The notes below the pieces were generated by a model. It worked only from the letters and a program-made list of their open reading frames with translations, searched no databases and was not told where the DNA came from. A stretch of 64,000 nucleotides of DNA from Spirochaetia bacterium (GTDB lineage Bacteria > Spirochaetota > Spirochaetia > SZUA-6 > Bin103): NCBI GenBank assembly GCA_965203055.1, contig OZ241863.1, forward strand, positions 160,001 to 224,000. Reading direction: 5' to 3'. The position numbers were made by a program, and so were the translations under genes. Below are positions 22,550-31,357 of the stretch, piece by piece (the first letter of the stretch is position 1; each line of letters opens with the position of its first letter).

Positions 22550-23742
22550 GGCGCAGCCCATACGGTGACGCCGACGAGCGTCGACGCGAACCGGAACTTG
22601 GGTTGCGGATTGCCGTTCGACGCCAGCGCTTTGCGCGCGAGCGGCACGCCCAGTCCGAAGTGCTGCGCGAACCCCAGGTGGTGCATGACCTCGGCCAACA
22701 ACGGATTGCGATAATCGGTGTCGCCGGTGCCGAAAGTCTCCGGCGTGATCCTCCCGTACAGACCGCCCGGGCTGGTAATCTCGACGCGGTCGGCAAACCA
22801 GTAGACGCGCACCGGCGTGTTGGTCCCATCGTAGCTGCGATGCATGACCGCGTTGTGGGCCAGTTGCCGCAAAGCGTCCACCGGATAGTCCGGCCGCCGC
22901 CGCTCCCGCATCGACCCGGCGACCTGAGTGCGAACCGACACGCTTAGCTCCAGCAGCTCGCCGAGCCGGCGCAGCACGTCGTCCAGCCGGCCGGTGAGCT
23001 GATTCTGGCCTGCGATCGGGTCCGTGATCTCCTTCCCGAGGATTCGCAGGAACTGAATGTACGCACCCGGTACCAATGCCTGAGGGTCTCTGCCCAATGC
23101 GAGGATCGCTCCCCACGTGGGCGCGCCTGCATGCATCAGACGCAGAGAACGAAGTTGATGTTCGAGCGATCGCTCGTTCCGTTCCAGAACCTCACCGGCG
23201 ACGGCGTTCGGCAGGTATTGGTTGCCCACGAAGTCCAGGTCGAGGTCGTCGACGGTCGCGCCGGCGGCCGGTCTCATGTCGAACGGCAGATCGGAGGCCC
23301 GACGGCGTTCGCCAAGCAGGCGCTCGTCCGCCACCGATCCTTCGCGGACGGACGGTCCGACCCGGACCCACACGCGGCCATGATACCGTACCGGTGTCTC
23401 CGAGGATGGCTGGACCGTGACGACCGCCACCGCGCAGTTCCGTAACACCCGCTTCTGCACGGTCATCGACGGCAGCGGCAGAATGTCGCCGTCACCGCGA
23501 ATGTTCGCCAACCGTTTGAGCAATTCGTCATCGATCGACAACGACGCGCACGAGCCGTCATCCCGCACCCCGACCAGCACGACGCCCGGCTTGCCGTGCG
23601 CCGGCAGGTCATTGGCGAACGCGCAGATGTTCCGGCGAATCTTCCTGCCGTCGGCGGCCGTTTCCTTGCGCTCCGCCAAGTCGGACTCCAGGTCCGACAT
23701 CAGCGCCTCCAGCTCCGCGTCGGAGTAACTCGGCTCAGCCAT
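22546..23742 (-). CDS. AlbA_2 (Schlafen-like) plus HATPase_c_4 (RecG-C-like) domain protein
   Basis: ESDLAERKE, ICAFAN, VLVGVRDDG, VRVGPS; ALRQLAHNAVMHRSY, DRVEITSPGG, YRNPLLAE, GLGV. Confidence 0.85.
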   Translation of the reverse strand: MAEPSYSDAELEALMSDLESDLAERKETAADGRKIRRNICAFANDLPAHGKPGVVLVGVRDDGSCASLSIDDELLKRLANIRGDGDILPLPSMTVQKRVLRNCAVAVVTVQPSSETPVRYHGRVWVRVGPSVREGSVADERLLGERRRASDLPFDMRPAAGATVDDLDLDFVGNQYLPNAVAGEVLERNERSLEHQLRSLRLMHAGAPTWGAILALGRDPQALVPGAYIQFLRILGKEITDPIAGQNQLTGRLDDVLRRLGELLELSVSVRTQVAGSMRERRRPDYPVDALRQLAHNAVMHRSYDGTNTPVRVYWFADRVEITSPGGLYGRITPETFGTGDTDYRNPLLAEVMHHLGFAQHFGLGVPLARKALASNGNPQPKFRFASTLVGVTVWAAP

Positions 23743-23764
23743 CAGGATCGGCAGTCTATGCGGT

Positions 23765-25705
23765 TCACGGGGAGAACGTCGAGTCCCAGACGTGGATGTT
23801 CCCGGCCAGGTACTGACCCGTCCTGATATCGGCGATTTCGTAGTCAGGCAGCGCCACGACCGCTGCGCACCTGCCGTTCAGGAGCGCGCCGTGCGCGCCG
23901 AAGTCGAAGTCGAGGTTAGCGAAGTGGTGCCGCCGGTCCGGCAGGTCGGCGGGCTCCGACGGCACGACGTGCAGGAAGAATCGCGCCTCTACGTCGTCCG
24001 TTGCGCACGGCTCCTTGAAGTAGGTCAACGTGTTGCCGCCGGCGTCGAAATAGACGTCGAAGACCGAGCCCTCGGCGAGTCGTACCGAATCTCCGGCGAC
24101 GAGAGCCTCCAAATTGTCGGCGACGATAGCAGCCTCGAAGGCGACCCGTCGTCGATCGGCGGAGTTCTTGAGTACCTCGAAAATCGCGCCGTCGGCCAGC
24201 TCCGCGACCGGCACCAAGCCCGCCGACGCTCGCAGCAGGGCAGAGCCATAGCCATAGTAGTCATACTGCACGTCGTCGTCGAACCACACGACGTATGCGC
24301 CGTCCTGAACACCTGCAAGCCAGCGCTGCAGCTGCTCTGCCGCGACCGGCAGATCGCGAAACTCGGTTGCGTCAACGTAGAGATACACGGGGGCCCAATT
24401 GCTGTATACGACGCCCTCAAGCGGGTGCTGTCGCAGGTATTCCAGCGTCTCGGAGTCAAGCCAGTATGATGAAGCGTAGCCGCGGCAGCGGAGGCAGGAA
24501 TTGGCGCGCGCTATTTCGCGGGCGACCGGCTCGACTTGCCCGACCGTCCAGACGCAAAGCAGCGCGATGACGATGGCGCCGGCCAGTCGCGGCGGATGCT
24601 GCCGTACGGAGCTGAGCAGACGATCCAGCGTGAACGCGGCGGTGACCAGCAGCGGGACGTACAGCGGCGTCAGGAATCGGGCCTGAACCCCATGGAAGGT
24701 AGCGCCCAGCATGATCGCCGCCAGGAGCAGTAGGAGATAGATCAGCGCAAAGCCGCCGAACACGCAGCAGGGGGGCCAATCGAACGGCATCCGCGGCATC
24801 CGCCGGCGTCGCTGCGCGCCGATGACCAACCCGACCGCAACCAGCAGCCCGGCGGCCGGTACGAATCGCAGCCATTCGACCGAGACTAGCGGAAGGTCGA
24901 AGTACACCCAGTCCGCAAACCCGCGGCCGATAGCGCTCAGGACCTCCGGCAACGAATAGGGGCCGCCGTCCCGGTACCCGGTGTAGCTCCCGGCGGCCAA
25001 GCGGTTGCGTAGCAGCCACGCTGCCATCGGCGCGGTCGCGGCCAACGAGAAACCGGCGGCGCGCCGCGCGCGCTGCGCCGGCCGTGCGCCGCGCTGACCG
25101 AGCAGGAGCAGCGTGACCACGACGACGACCGCCGCGCCCAGGTAGCGGGTCTGCCACGCCAGCGCGGCCCACGCCGCCGCCCACGCCAGCGAGGAAGTCT
25201 TGTTGCGGGTCAGGTAGTCATCGGTGCGGGTCAGGGCAAGCGCGGCCAGCAGGATGAACAGGGGCTCGGTCAGCGCCCGCGATGCCAACTCCACCAGCGG
25301 GGCCGCCAGCGAGATGGCGAGAGCGGCCCATATCACCAGGACGCGCGATGCGAGGCGCCGCCGCAGGTACCGGGCGACGACGAATATGGTGATGCCGAAG
25401 AGCACGGCGTTGACCGGTCCGGCGACGGCGAGCGGGTCGAATACGTCCAGGCTGGCAACGGCCAGCAGCAGCGGGTAGAGCGGCGGCCACCAGACGTAGG
25501 GATCCCCTCGGTTGAACGTGTGGAAACCGTTGCCATCCAGCAGGTTGCGGGCTGCGGCAATGTAGCTCACCGAGTCCCAGTCCAGCGCCACGCCCCAGGT
25601 GAATTCGCTCGCCAGCACGAGGCCGGCGCCGAGCGCGGCCGCGGCGGCCAGCAGCGAGAGGTCGGCGCGCGTCCGCTCAGGCATGCGGCCGGCAGGGTGG
25701 TTCAT
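23765..25705 (-). CDS. GT-C fold (ArnT/PMT-like) membrane glycosyltransferase with C-terminal soluble domain
   Basis: GVALDWDSVSYIAAARNLLDGNG, WPPLYPLLLA, LTEPLF, QTRYLG; ATGA overlap with upstream paralog. Confidence 0.75.
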   Translation of the reverse strand: MNHPAGRMPERTRADLSLLAAAAALGAGLVLASEFTWGVALDWDSVSYIAAARNLLDGNGFHTFNRGDPYVWWPPLYPLLLAVASLDVFDPLAVAGPVNAVLFGITIFVVARYLRRRLASRVLVIWAALAISLAAPLVELASRALTEPLFILLAALALTRTDDYLTRNKTSSLAWAAAWAALAWQTRYLGAAVVVVVTLLLLGQRGARPAQRARRAAGFSLAATAPMAAWLLRNRLAAGSYTGYRDGGPYSLPEVLSAIGRGFADWVYFDLPLVSVEWLRFVPAAGLLVAVGLVIGAQRRRRMPRMPFDWPPCCVFGGFALIYLLLLLAAIMLGATFHGVQARFLTPLYVPLLVTAAFTLDRLLSSVRQHPPRLAGAIVIALLCVWTVGQVEPVAREIARANSCLRCRGYASSYWLDSETLEYLRQHPLEGVVYSNWAPVYLYVDATEFRDLPVAAEQLQRWLAGVQDGAYVVWFDDDVQYDYYGYGSALLRASAGLVPVAELADGAIFEVLKNSADRRRVAFEAAIVADNLEALVAGDSVRLAEGSVFDVYFDAGGNTLTYFKEPCATDDVEARFFLHVVPSEPADLPDRRHHFANLDFDFGAHGALLNGRCAAVVALPDYEIADIRTGQYLAGNIHVWDSTFSP

Positions 25706-27687
25706 GGCGAAAACGTCACGTCCCAGAGATGGCCTTCTCCCGGCACGTACTGGCCGGTGCGGATGCGGGCGATCTGGTAGTCGGGCAGCGGCGCGACCGC
25801 GACGCACGTTCCGTCCGGCAGATTCCCGCGTTCCGAAAACGAAAAATCGAGGTTTTCGAAGGGCCACTGCAAGCGGCGCAGGGCCGACGGGAGATCGGCG
25901 AGATCCGCCGGGACGACGTGCAGGAAGAACCGCGCATCCACCTCTTTCGCCGTGCACGGCTGCCGGAAATAGGTCAACGCGCCTTCCGCGAGATAGAGGT
26001 CGAAGTTCGAGCGCGCCGCCGGCGCGCCGTAGGAGCCGGCCCGGATCGACTCGGCCACTCGTCGATACGCCGCGTCGGCCAATCGGGCTCCCGAAGGAGC
26101 CGTCAAATTCGGCCGGCTCGGCGCGACGATCCGGAATATGGCGCCATCTTCCAGGTCCGCAACCGGTTCCACGTCCGGCAACGCCGCCAGGTCGTCGTAG
26201 TCGTAGTCGTAATTCCGAAAGAGAAACGACAGGTCGAACAAGACCACGTAGGTCGATTCGGCCGGGTCTCTGTTGGCCAACTGATCCTTCACGGTCGCCA
26301 GCGACATCGCTATCGTACCGGCGCGGATATCGGTATGAAAATAGAGCGCCTGCGGGTCGCTCGACCACCAGCCGCCCGTAAGCCGATTGGCGTTCAGGTA
26401 ACGGATGACGTCGGACTCGGTCCACTCCTTCGCCGTGTAGCCGGCGCCATCCTCCAGCCACTGCCTGATGTCGTAGTAATTCGCGCCGGCCTGCCAAATC
26501 AGCCACAGCGACATGACGACCGATACCACGACGGGAACGCTCCGGGCGCGTGCGTGCGCCATGATCCGGTCCAGTACCAGCGTCGCCGCTACCAGCAGCG
26601 GCGGAAACATCGGCAACAGGTACCTGCCGGGAAGAGTCGTGTCGCCGAGCGGCAGGAATATCGCCAGAAAGAGCGCGTACGCCGCGGTGAAGACGAGAGC
26701 AACGGTCAGTACGGTGCGGTGCGCCGGCAGGAAGCCGGGCCGGCTCCGCGCAAGCGCGTACCCGACGCCGATCGCCGGCAGGATCACTATTGCCGCATTC
26801 GCGGCGACCGCAGGTACGGTGGCGGCGCCCACGCCGACAGCGCCCCCGAGCGCGGCGTTCAGCAAGTGAGATCCGGTTTGCCCCAACAACCACAAGGCGA
26901 GCTCTCCGGTCAGGTTGTGGAGGCTGACGAGAGCGGAAAACCCGTCGGGAAGGTTGTTTCCGAAAACCGATCCTATGACGAATATGTTTCGTACCAGCCA
27001 GACGCCGAACAGCGCCGTCGAAGCGGCCGACCAGATCGCTGCGTCCCGGATCCGGGTACGAACTGCAGCGTCATTCCGCAAGAGGATGGTCAGCGCTCCG
27101 GCGCCGATCAGCGTCACCCCCAGGTAGCGGGTCAGGCTGGCGGCGGCCGCAGCGACCGCCGCCAGCAGGAGCGCCGACCGTTGCCCGGTGTTCAGAAACC
27201 GTTCCAGCAGCGAGAGCGAGACCACGACGAACAGGATGAAGACGATTTCGGTCCACGCGTGAGCCGCCGCGGGGGCCAACGCCGGAGACAGCACGCACGC
27301 GCAACCCGCCCACACGGCGAGCAGCGGCGCGCGGACGTGGCGTTGCAGCCAGGCGGTGACGGCGAAGACCGTCAACCCGAACGCGGCGGCGTTGACGGAG
27401 CCGGCCGCCGCCGCGGCGTCGACACCGAAGAGACGGACCGCGCCTAACAGCAGCGGGAAGAGCGGAGCGGCGCCCTGATACCGGGTCCCGTTCCATTCCA
27501 GGAGCCCGTTTCCGGCCACCAGATTGCGGGCGACCGACAGGTATGAACCGGAGTCCCAGGTCAGCCCCACGCCGAAGTTGGCTTCCCGCAGCAGGATGAG
27601 CAGCGCGCCGAGTACGCCGAGCGCGAGCGGCGCCCATCGGGCCAGGGCGGCCGCTGCCCCGGCGTGTTGCGGCGCGGCTCCGCCCAC
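25702..27687 (-). CDS. GT-C fold membrane glycosyltransferase paralog with the same C-terminal domain
   Basis: GVGLTWDSGSYLSVARNLVAGNG, APLFPLLL, WTEIVF, LTRYLG, RYLLPMFPP. Confidence 0.75.
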   Translation of the reverse strand: MGGAAPQHAGAAAALARWAPLALGVLGALLILLREANFGVGLTWDSGSYLSVARNLVAGNGLLEWNGTRYQGAAPLFPLLLGAVRLFGVDAAAAAGSVNAAAFGLTVFAVTAWLQRHVRAPLLAVWAGCACVLSPALAPAAAHAWTEIVFILFVVVSLSLLERFLNTGQRSALLLAAVAAAAASLTRYLGVTLIGAGALTILLRNDAAVRTRIRDAAIWSAASTALFGVWLVRNIFVIGSVFGNNLPDGFSALVSLHNLTGELALWLLGQTGSHLLNAALGGAVGVGAATVPAVAANAAIVILPAIGVGYALARSRPGFLPAHRTVLTVALVFTAAYALFLAIFLPLGDTTLPGRYLLPMFPPLLVAATLVLDRIMAHARARSVPVVVSVVMSLWLIWQAGANYYDIRQWLEDGAGYTAKEWTESDVIRYLNANRLTGGWWSSDPQALYFHTDIRAGTIAMSLATVKDQLANRDPAESTYVVLFDLSFLFRNYDYDYDDLAALPDVEPVADLEDGAIFRIVAPSRPNLTAPSGARLADAAYRRVAESIRAGSYGAPAARSNFDLYLAEGALTYFRQPCTAKEVDARFFLHVVPADLADLPSALRRLQWPFENLDFSFSERGNLPDGTCVAVAPLPDYQIARIRTGQYVPGEGHLWDVTFSP

Positions 27688-27697
27688 GTGGCGGCGG

Positions 27698-28390
27698 TCA
27701 GCGCTCGGAGCGCTTGCGGAAGACGGCGACGAAGCTCGAGCCGATGAGCGCCACCAGCGGCCCGTCAACGCCCCGCAACCGCATCCCCCACGGCGGAAAG
27801 ATCGAGAACCACTCGACCAGCGCAAGTCCTGCGCGGTCCGCCGCCGCGCGCATCCGCGACGGCGCATGATGGACAAGGGCGAATTGGCGGGCCGGGGCGA
27901 GGACGCGCAACCCGAAGGCCGCGGCGCGATGGACCCACGCGGCGCGATTGGCCCATACGATTACCAGCCGCCCGCCGGCGCGCAGCACCCGCGCCGCTTC
28001 CCGCAGAACGCGTTCGACCACGTCGGCGCTGCACTGTTGGGCCATCTCGACCATCACCGCCGCCTCCGCGGTAGCGTCCGCCAACGGCAGATCGGACGCG
28101 TCGCCGCAGATCGCCTGCAGCCCGTTGCGGCCGGCCTGCCGGCACGCCGCCCGGTTCAGGTCCACGCCGATGACCCGGCGCCCGGCCTGGATCAACGGCA
28201 ACGTCACCAGGCCGGAGCCGCAGCCGAGGTCCAGCACCGTGCCGGCGCCGCCGCCGACGGCGTGCAACACGAACGCTCGTTCGCGCTGAAACCAGCGTTC
28301 GGAGAGATAGCCCGATGCCCTGGCGCTGTTTTCGCCAAACCGCTGCCGCAGCGCGTCGTAATGGGCCTGACCATGATCGGTCTGTTCCAT
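27698..28390 (-). CDS. Class I SAM-dependent methyltransferase
   Basis: VLDLGCGSG, GVDLN, GDASDLP, ARVLRAGGRL. Confidence 0.85.
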   Translation of the reverse strand: MEQTDHGQAHYDALRQRFGENSARASGYLSERWFQRERAFVLHAVGGGAGTVLDLGCGSGLVTLPLIQAGRRVIGVDLNRAACRQAGRNGLQAICGDASDLPLADATAEAAVMVEMAQQCSADVVERVLREAARVLRAGGRLVIVWANRAAWVHRAAAFGLRVLAPARQFALVHHAPSRMRAAADRAGLALVEWFSIFPPWGMRLRGVDGPLVALIGSSFVAVFRKRSER

Positions 28391-28407
28391 CTTGGACTTA
28401 AACTTAC

Positions 28408-29340
28408 TCAATAATCCGCCAGATAGCGACACAGCCGCGGGCCAGCGCGGTCGGTCACGAAGTTCGGCAATGCCCGCCAGAGCCGCTGCGCTGCCCGGTA
28501 GCGGCGGTAGGGGTCGACCGGCTTGTCGGTCAGCCACATGACCGGTACCGGACTGGCGCCGTATTTGCGCTTGAACCAGTAGGGCCCGCTGCCGGCCGGA
28601 GAGCGCCCGAAGTCGAGGATATCCGCGCCCTCGTTCACGGCATGCTCCACCATGGTCCAATACATGAGGTAGGTGGGGTGGTCGGCAGAGAGATATGCTC
28701 CTCCCCATGGAATCCAGATGATCGGGCCATCGCGCAGCCACAGAAAGCTGGCCCGCAGAGCGCCGTCCATTCGGTTCCGAACCACCGTGATCCGCGCGTC
28801 CAGCTCCGTCATCAAAGCCTCGAACAACGCCGCGGGCGGCAGCGGCGCGCCATGCCGGCCATGAGCCAGGCGCAGCATGGCGCAAAATGCCTGCACCGCG
28901 GCCGCGCCGGTCTCTTCCGCCGCTGCCAGACCGGCCCTGCGGGCGCGCTGCACGTACTTGCGCGCCGTGCGATTGAGGCCCCGTTGCCACACCGCCTCTC
29001 GATCATGGCCAAAGGCGGCCAGGTCGACCCTGAGAACCGCGGGCGATCCCGGCGGCAGTTCCCCTTCCCTGCGCGGCGGCGCCAGCGCCCGAATGTTGAA
29101 CCGACGCCCCGCCATCTCGCGCGCCAGCTCCTGCGCCTCGACCGGGTCCAGGTCGGAATAGCTCAGACCCGGCAGATAGGCGAACACCGGCTTTCCCATG
29201 AGTGCGGGAACCACGGCGAATCGACCGGCCCGCCGCCAGCGATAGACGCCGCAGGCTACCGACCGCCACGCGTCGACGAAGTCGGCGCTGTGCCTGACGG
29301 TCGATCGCGCGATTTCCGGCGCTTCGATCACGCGCCGCAT
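28408..29340 (-). CDS. FemAB-like GNAT-fold (aminoacyl/acyl) transferase
   Basis: RKYVQRARRAGL, HGAP, MYWTMVEHA, LDFGRS, YWFKRKYGA. Confidence 0.75.
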   Translation of the reverse strand: MRRVIEAPEIARSTVRHSADFVDAWRSVACGVYRWRRAGRFAVVPALMGKPVFAYLPGLSYSDLDPVEAQELAREMAGRRFNIRALAPPRREGELPPGSPAVLRVDLAAFGHDREAVWQRGLNRTARKYVQRARRAGLAAAEETGAAAVQAFCAMLRLAHGRHGAPLPPAALFEALMTELDARITVVRNRMDGALRASFLWLRDGPIIWIPWGGAYLSADHPTYLMYWTMVEHAVNEGADILDFGRSPAGSGPYWFKRKYGASPVPVMWLTDKPVDPYRRYRAAQRLWRALPNFVTDRAGPRLCRYLADY

Positions 29341-29456
29341 CACCGGGCGAAGCGGAGGTTGGCCCTGGCGGCCAAGCCGGCGCGCCGGCCGGGCATCCGC
29401 AGGCAACTGCGGCCGACGACGGTGACGTGCATACCTAACAAATATACAATCGAAGG

Positions 29457-30464
29457 GTGACCGGTCTCAACAGACTGCCGACGCACCGGATGCGCTGGGC
29501 CAAGCCCTGGACCTGGGCCGTCGCCGCGGCGGTCAGCTTGGCGTTGTTTGGCGTGGTCGCCGCACGGCTCGATGCCGCTTCTCTGGCAGCGGTGGCACAG
29601 CAGCTTTCCTGGCCGCCGGTGGGGGCTGCGTTGGCGCTGCTGCTGGCGGGGCACCTGTTCAGTGCCCTGCGCACCCATCTGATCGCCGAGGACCACGTGT
29701 TCAGCACGGCCCTGCGGGTCAGCGCTTGGCACGCAATCTGGCTGATCGCGCTGCCGATGCGCCTGGGCGAAGTGGCGTGGCTGGTCAGCATGCGCAAGGC
29801 CTACGGCTGGAACGCGGCCACGGCAGTCGTCTGCGGCCTGGTGCAGCGGCTGCTGGACTTGGCGGTCATTGCCGCCCTTCTGCTGCTGGCGATGCCGGCC
29901 ATCTTCATCCCGGGCCGGATCGAAGCGCCGCTGGCCGGCGCGCTGGCGGCGGCGGCCGGCGCGCTGGCGCTCATGGGAGCCGTGACCCTGCCGGTCTGGC
30001 TGCGCCTGACCGGCCGCCTGGTAATTGCGGCCGGCCGCCCCCGTGGCTGGCGCGCGCGCTTGCTGCGCCACCTGTGGCGCGGCCGGCGGTGGCTGGAAAG
30101 CGGCCGCCACCGGCGCATCGTGCGGCTCTGCCTGGTGCCTACGGCGTTGTCGTGGATGGCAATCTTCGGCGGCTACTGGCTGCTCTGCCGCGCCGTCGGC
30201 CTGGACGCGGCCTGGTCCGAGGTGCTGTTCGCGGCCGCCGGCGGCAATCTGATCACCGCCCTGCCGGTACAATCGATCGGCGGGTTCGGGCTGCTGGAGG
30301 CGGGCTTCACCGGCATCCTCGCCTGGTTGGGCTCACCTGCCGATACCGCCGCCGCGGCGGCGCTGACCATTCGCTTCGTCGGCTGGGTCGGCACCGGCCT
30401 GTTCTGGCTCCTCAGCCTGGTTGCGGGCCTGCGCGTATACCGCCGGTTGGCGCGGCAATCATGA
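29457..30464 (+). CDS. Lysylphosphatidylglycerol-synthase TM domain (UPF0104, flippase-like) protein
   Basis: ALPMRLGE, QRLLDL, LPVQSIGGFGLLEAG; ~8 TM segments. Confidence 0.8.
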   Translation: MTGLNRLPTHRMRWAKPWTWAVAAAVSLALFGVVAARLDAASLAAVAQQLSWPPVGAALALLLAGHLFSALRTHLIAEDHVFSTALRVSAWHAIWLIALPMRLGEVAWLVSMRKAYGWNAATAVVCGLVQRLLDLAVIAALLLLAMPAIFIPGRIEAPLAGALAAAAGALALMGAVTLPVWLRLTGRLVIAAGRPRGWRARLLRHLWRGRRWLESGRHRRIVRLCLVPTALSWMAIFGGYWLLCRAVGLDAAWSEVLFAAAGGNLITALPVQSIGGFGLLEAGFTGILAWLGSPADTAAAAALTIRFVGWVGTGLFWLLSLVAGLRVYRRLARQS

Positions 30465-31357
30465 GGTGGCGCAGCGGACGGGCCTTCGACGCCGCGGCGC
30501 ACCGGATCGAGGCGCGGCGCGTGCCCCACAAGGTCGCCGCGCTGACCATCGACGTGGAGCACGACTACAACGGCGGCGGCAGCGAGGCGTTGAACCGGTT
30601 GCCCGATCTGCTGGCCGCGGTAGCGGGCATGGGGATGCCGTTGACGGCCTTCGTCGAAGGGCGCCTGTTCGTCGAACGCCCCGATCTTTGCACCTGCCTG
30701 ATCGAGGCCGGGGCCGACCTGCACCTCCACTGCCATGACCACCGCCGGCCGGGCGACACCGCGGAGAGCCTCGAGGCGGGCATCGACGCGTTCGGGAGCT
30801 TCGTCGGCGCCGCGCCGCGCGGCTACCGCGCGCACACCTACGGCTTGACGGAAGATTTGTTCGACGCGCTGATGGCGGCCGGCTTCGCCTGGGATTCCTC
30901 CATCCTGCCGGGCATCGGCTTCGGCTGCCGGCCGGACGCCGTGTTTCGGCGCGGCGACTGGTTTCTGTTCGACGACTCGCTGGCTGAGTATCCGGTGGCG
31001 AGCTGGCGGTGGCGGGGCCGGGGCACGATCCCGTTCATCTGCTCCTACCGGCAGCTCCTGGGACCGTTCGGCGAATCGATGCTGGAGCGCGCCGCGGCCT
31101 TGCCCGATCTGGTGGTATACGACATGCACATGGTCGATCTGGTGCCGGACGGCCGCCTCGGCAAGTCGCCGCTGCCGCTGTGGTTGAAGGGCGCCCACGC
31201 GCTGGTTCGGCGGCGCCAGCGGGGATTCGGCGACCTGGCGGCGCTGGGCGAACGCCTGCGCCGTCAAGGCTATCGCTGGACCACGATGACGGCGTTGCAT
31301 GAACGGTCGATGAACGGGGCCGGCCGCGGCGAGCCCGGCGCGGTCGGCCAGGGCTAG
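30461..31357 (+). CDS. Polysaccharide deacetylase family protein
   Basis: LTIDVEHD, TAFVEG, HCHDH, GYRA, WDSS; ATGA overlap with upstream gene. Confidence 0.8.
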   Translation: MRWRSGRAFDAAAHRIEARRVPHKVAALTIDVEHDYNGGGSEALNRLPDLLAAVAGMGMPLTAFVEGRLFVERPDLCTCLIEAGADLHLHCHDHRRPGDTAESLEAGIDAFGSFVGAAPRGYRAHTYGLTEDLFDALMAAGFAWDSSILPGIGFGCRPDAVFRRGDWFLFDDSLAEYPVASWRWRGRGTIPFICSYRQLLGPFGESMLERAAALPDLVVYDMHMVDLVPDGRLGKSPLPLWLKGAHALVRRRQRGFGDLAALGERLRRQGYRWTTMTALHERSMNGAGRGEPGAVGQG

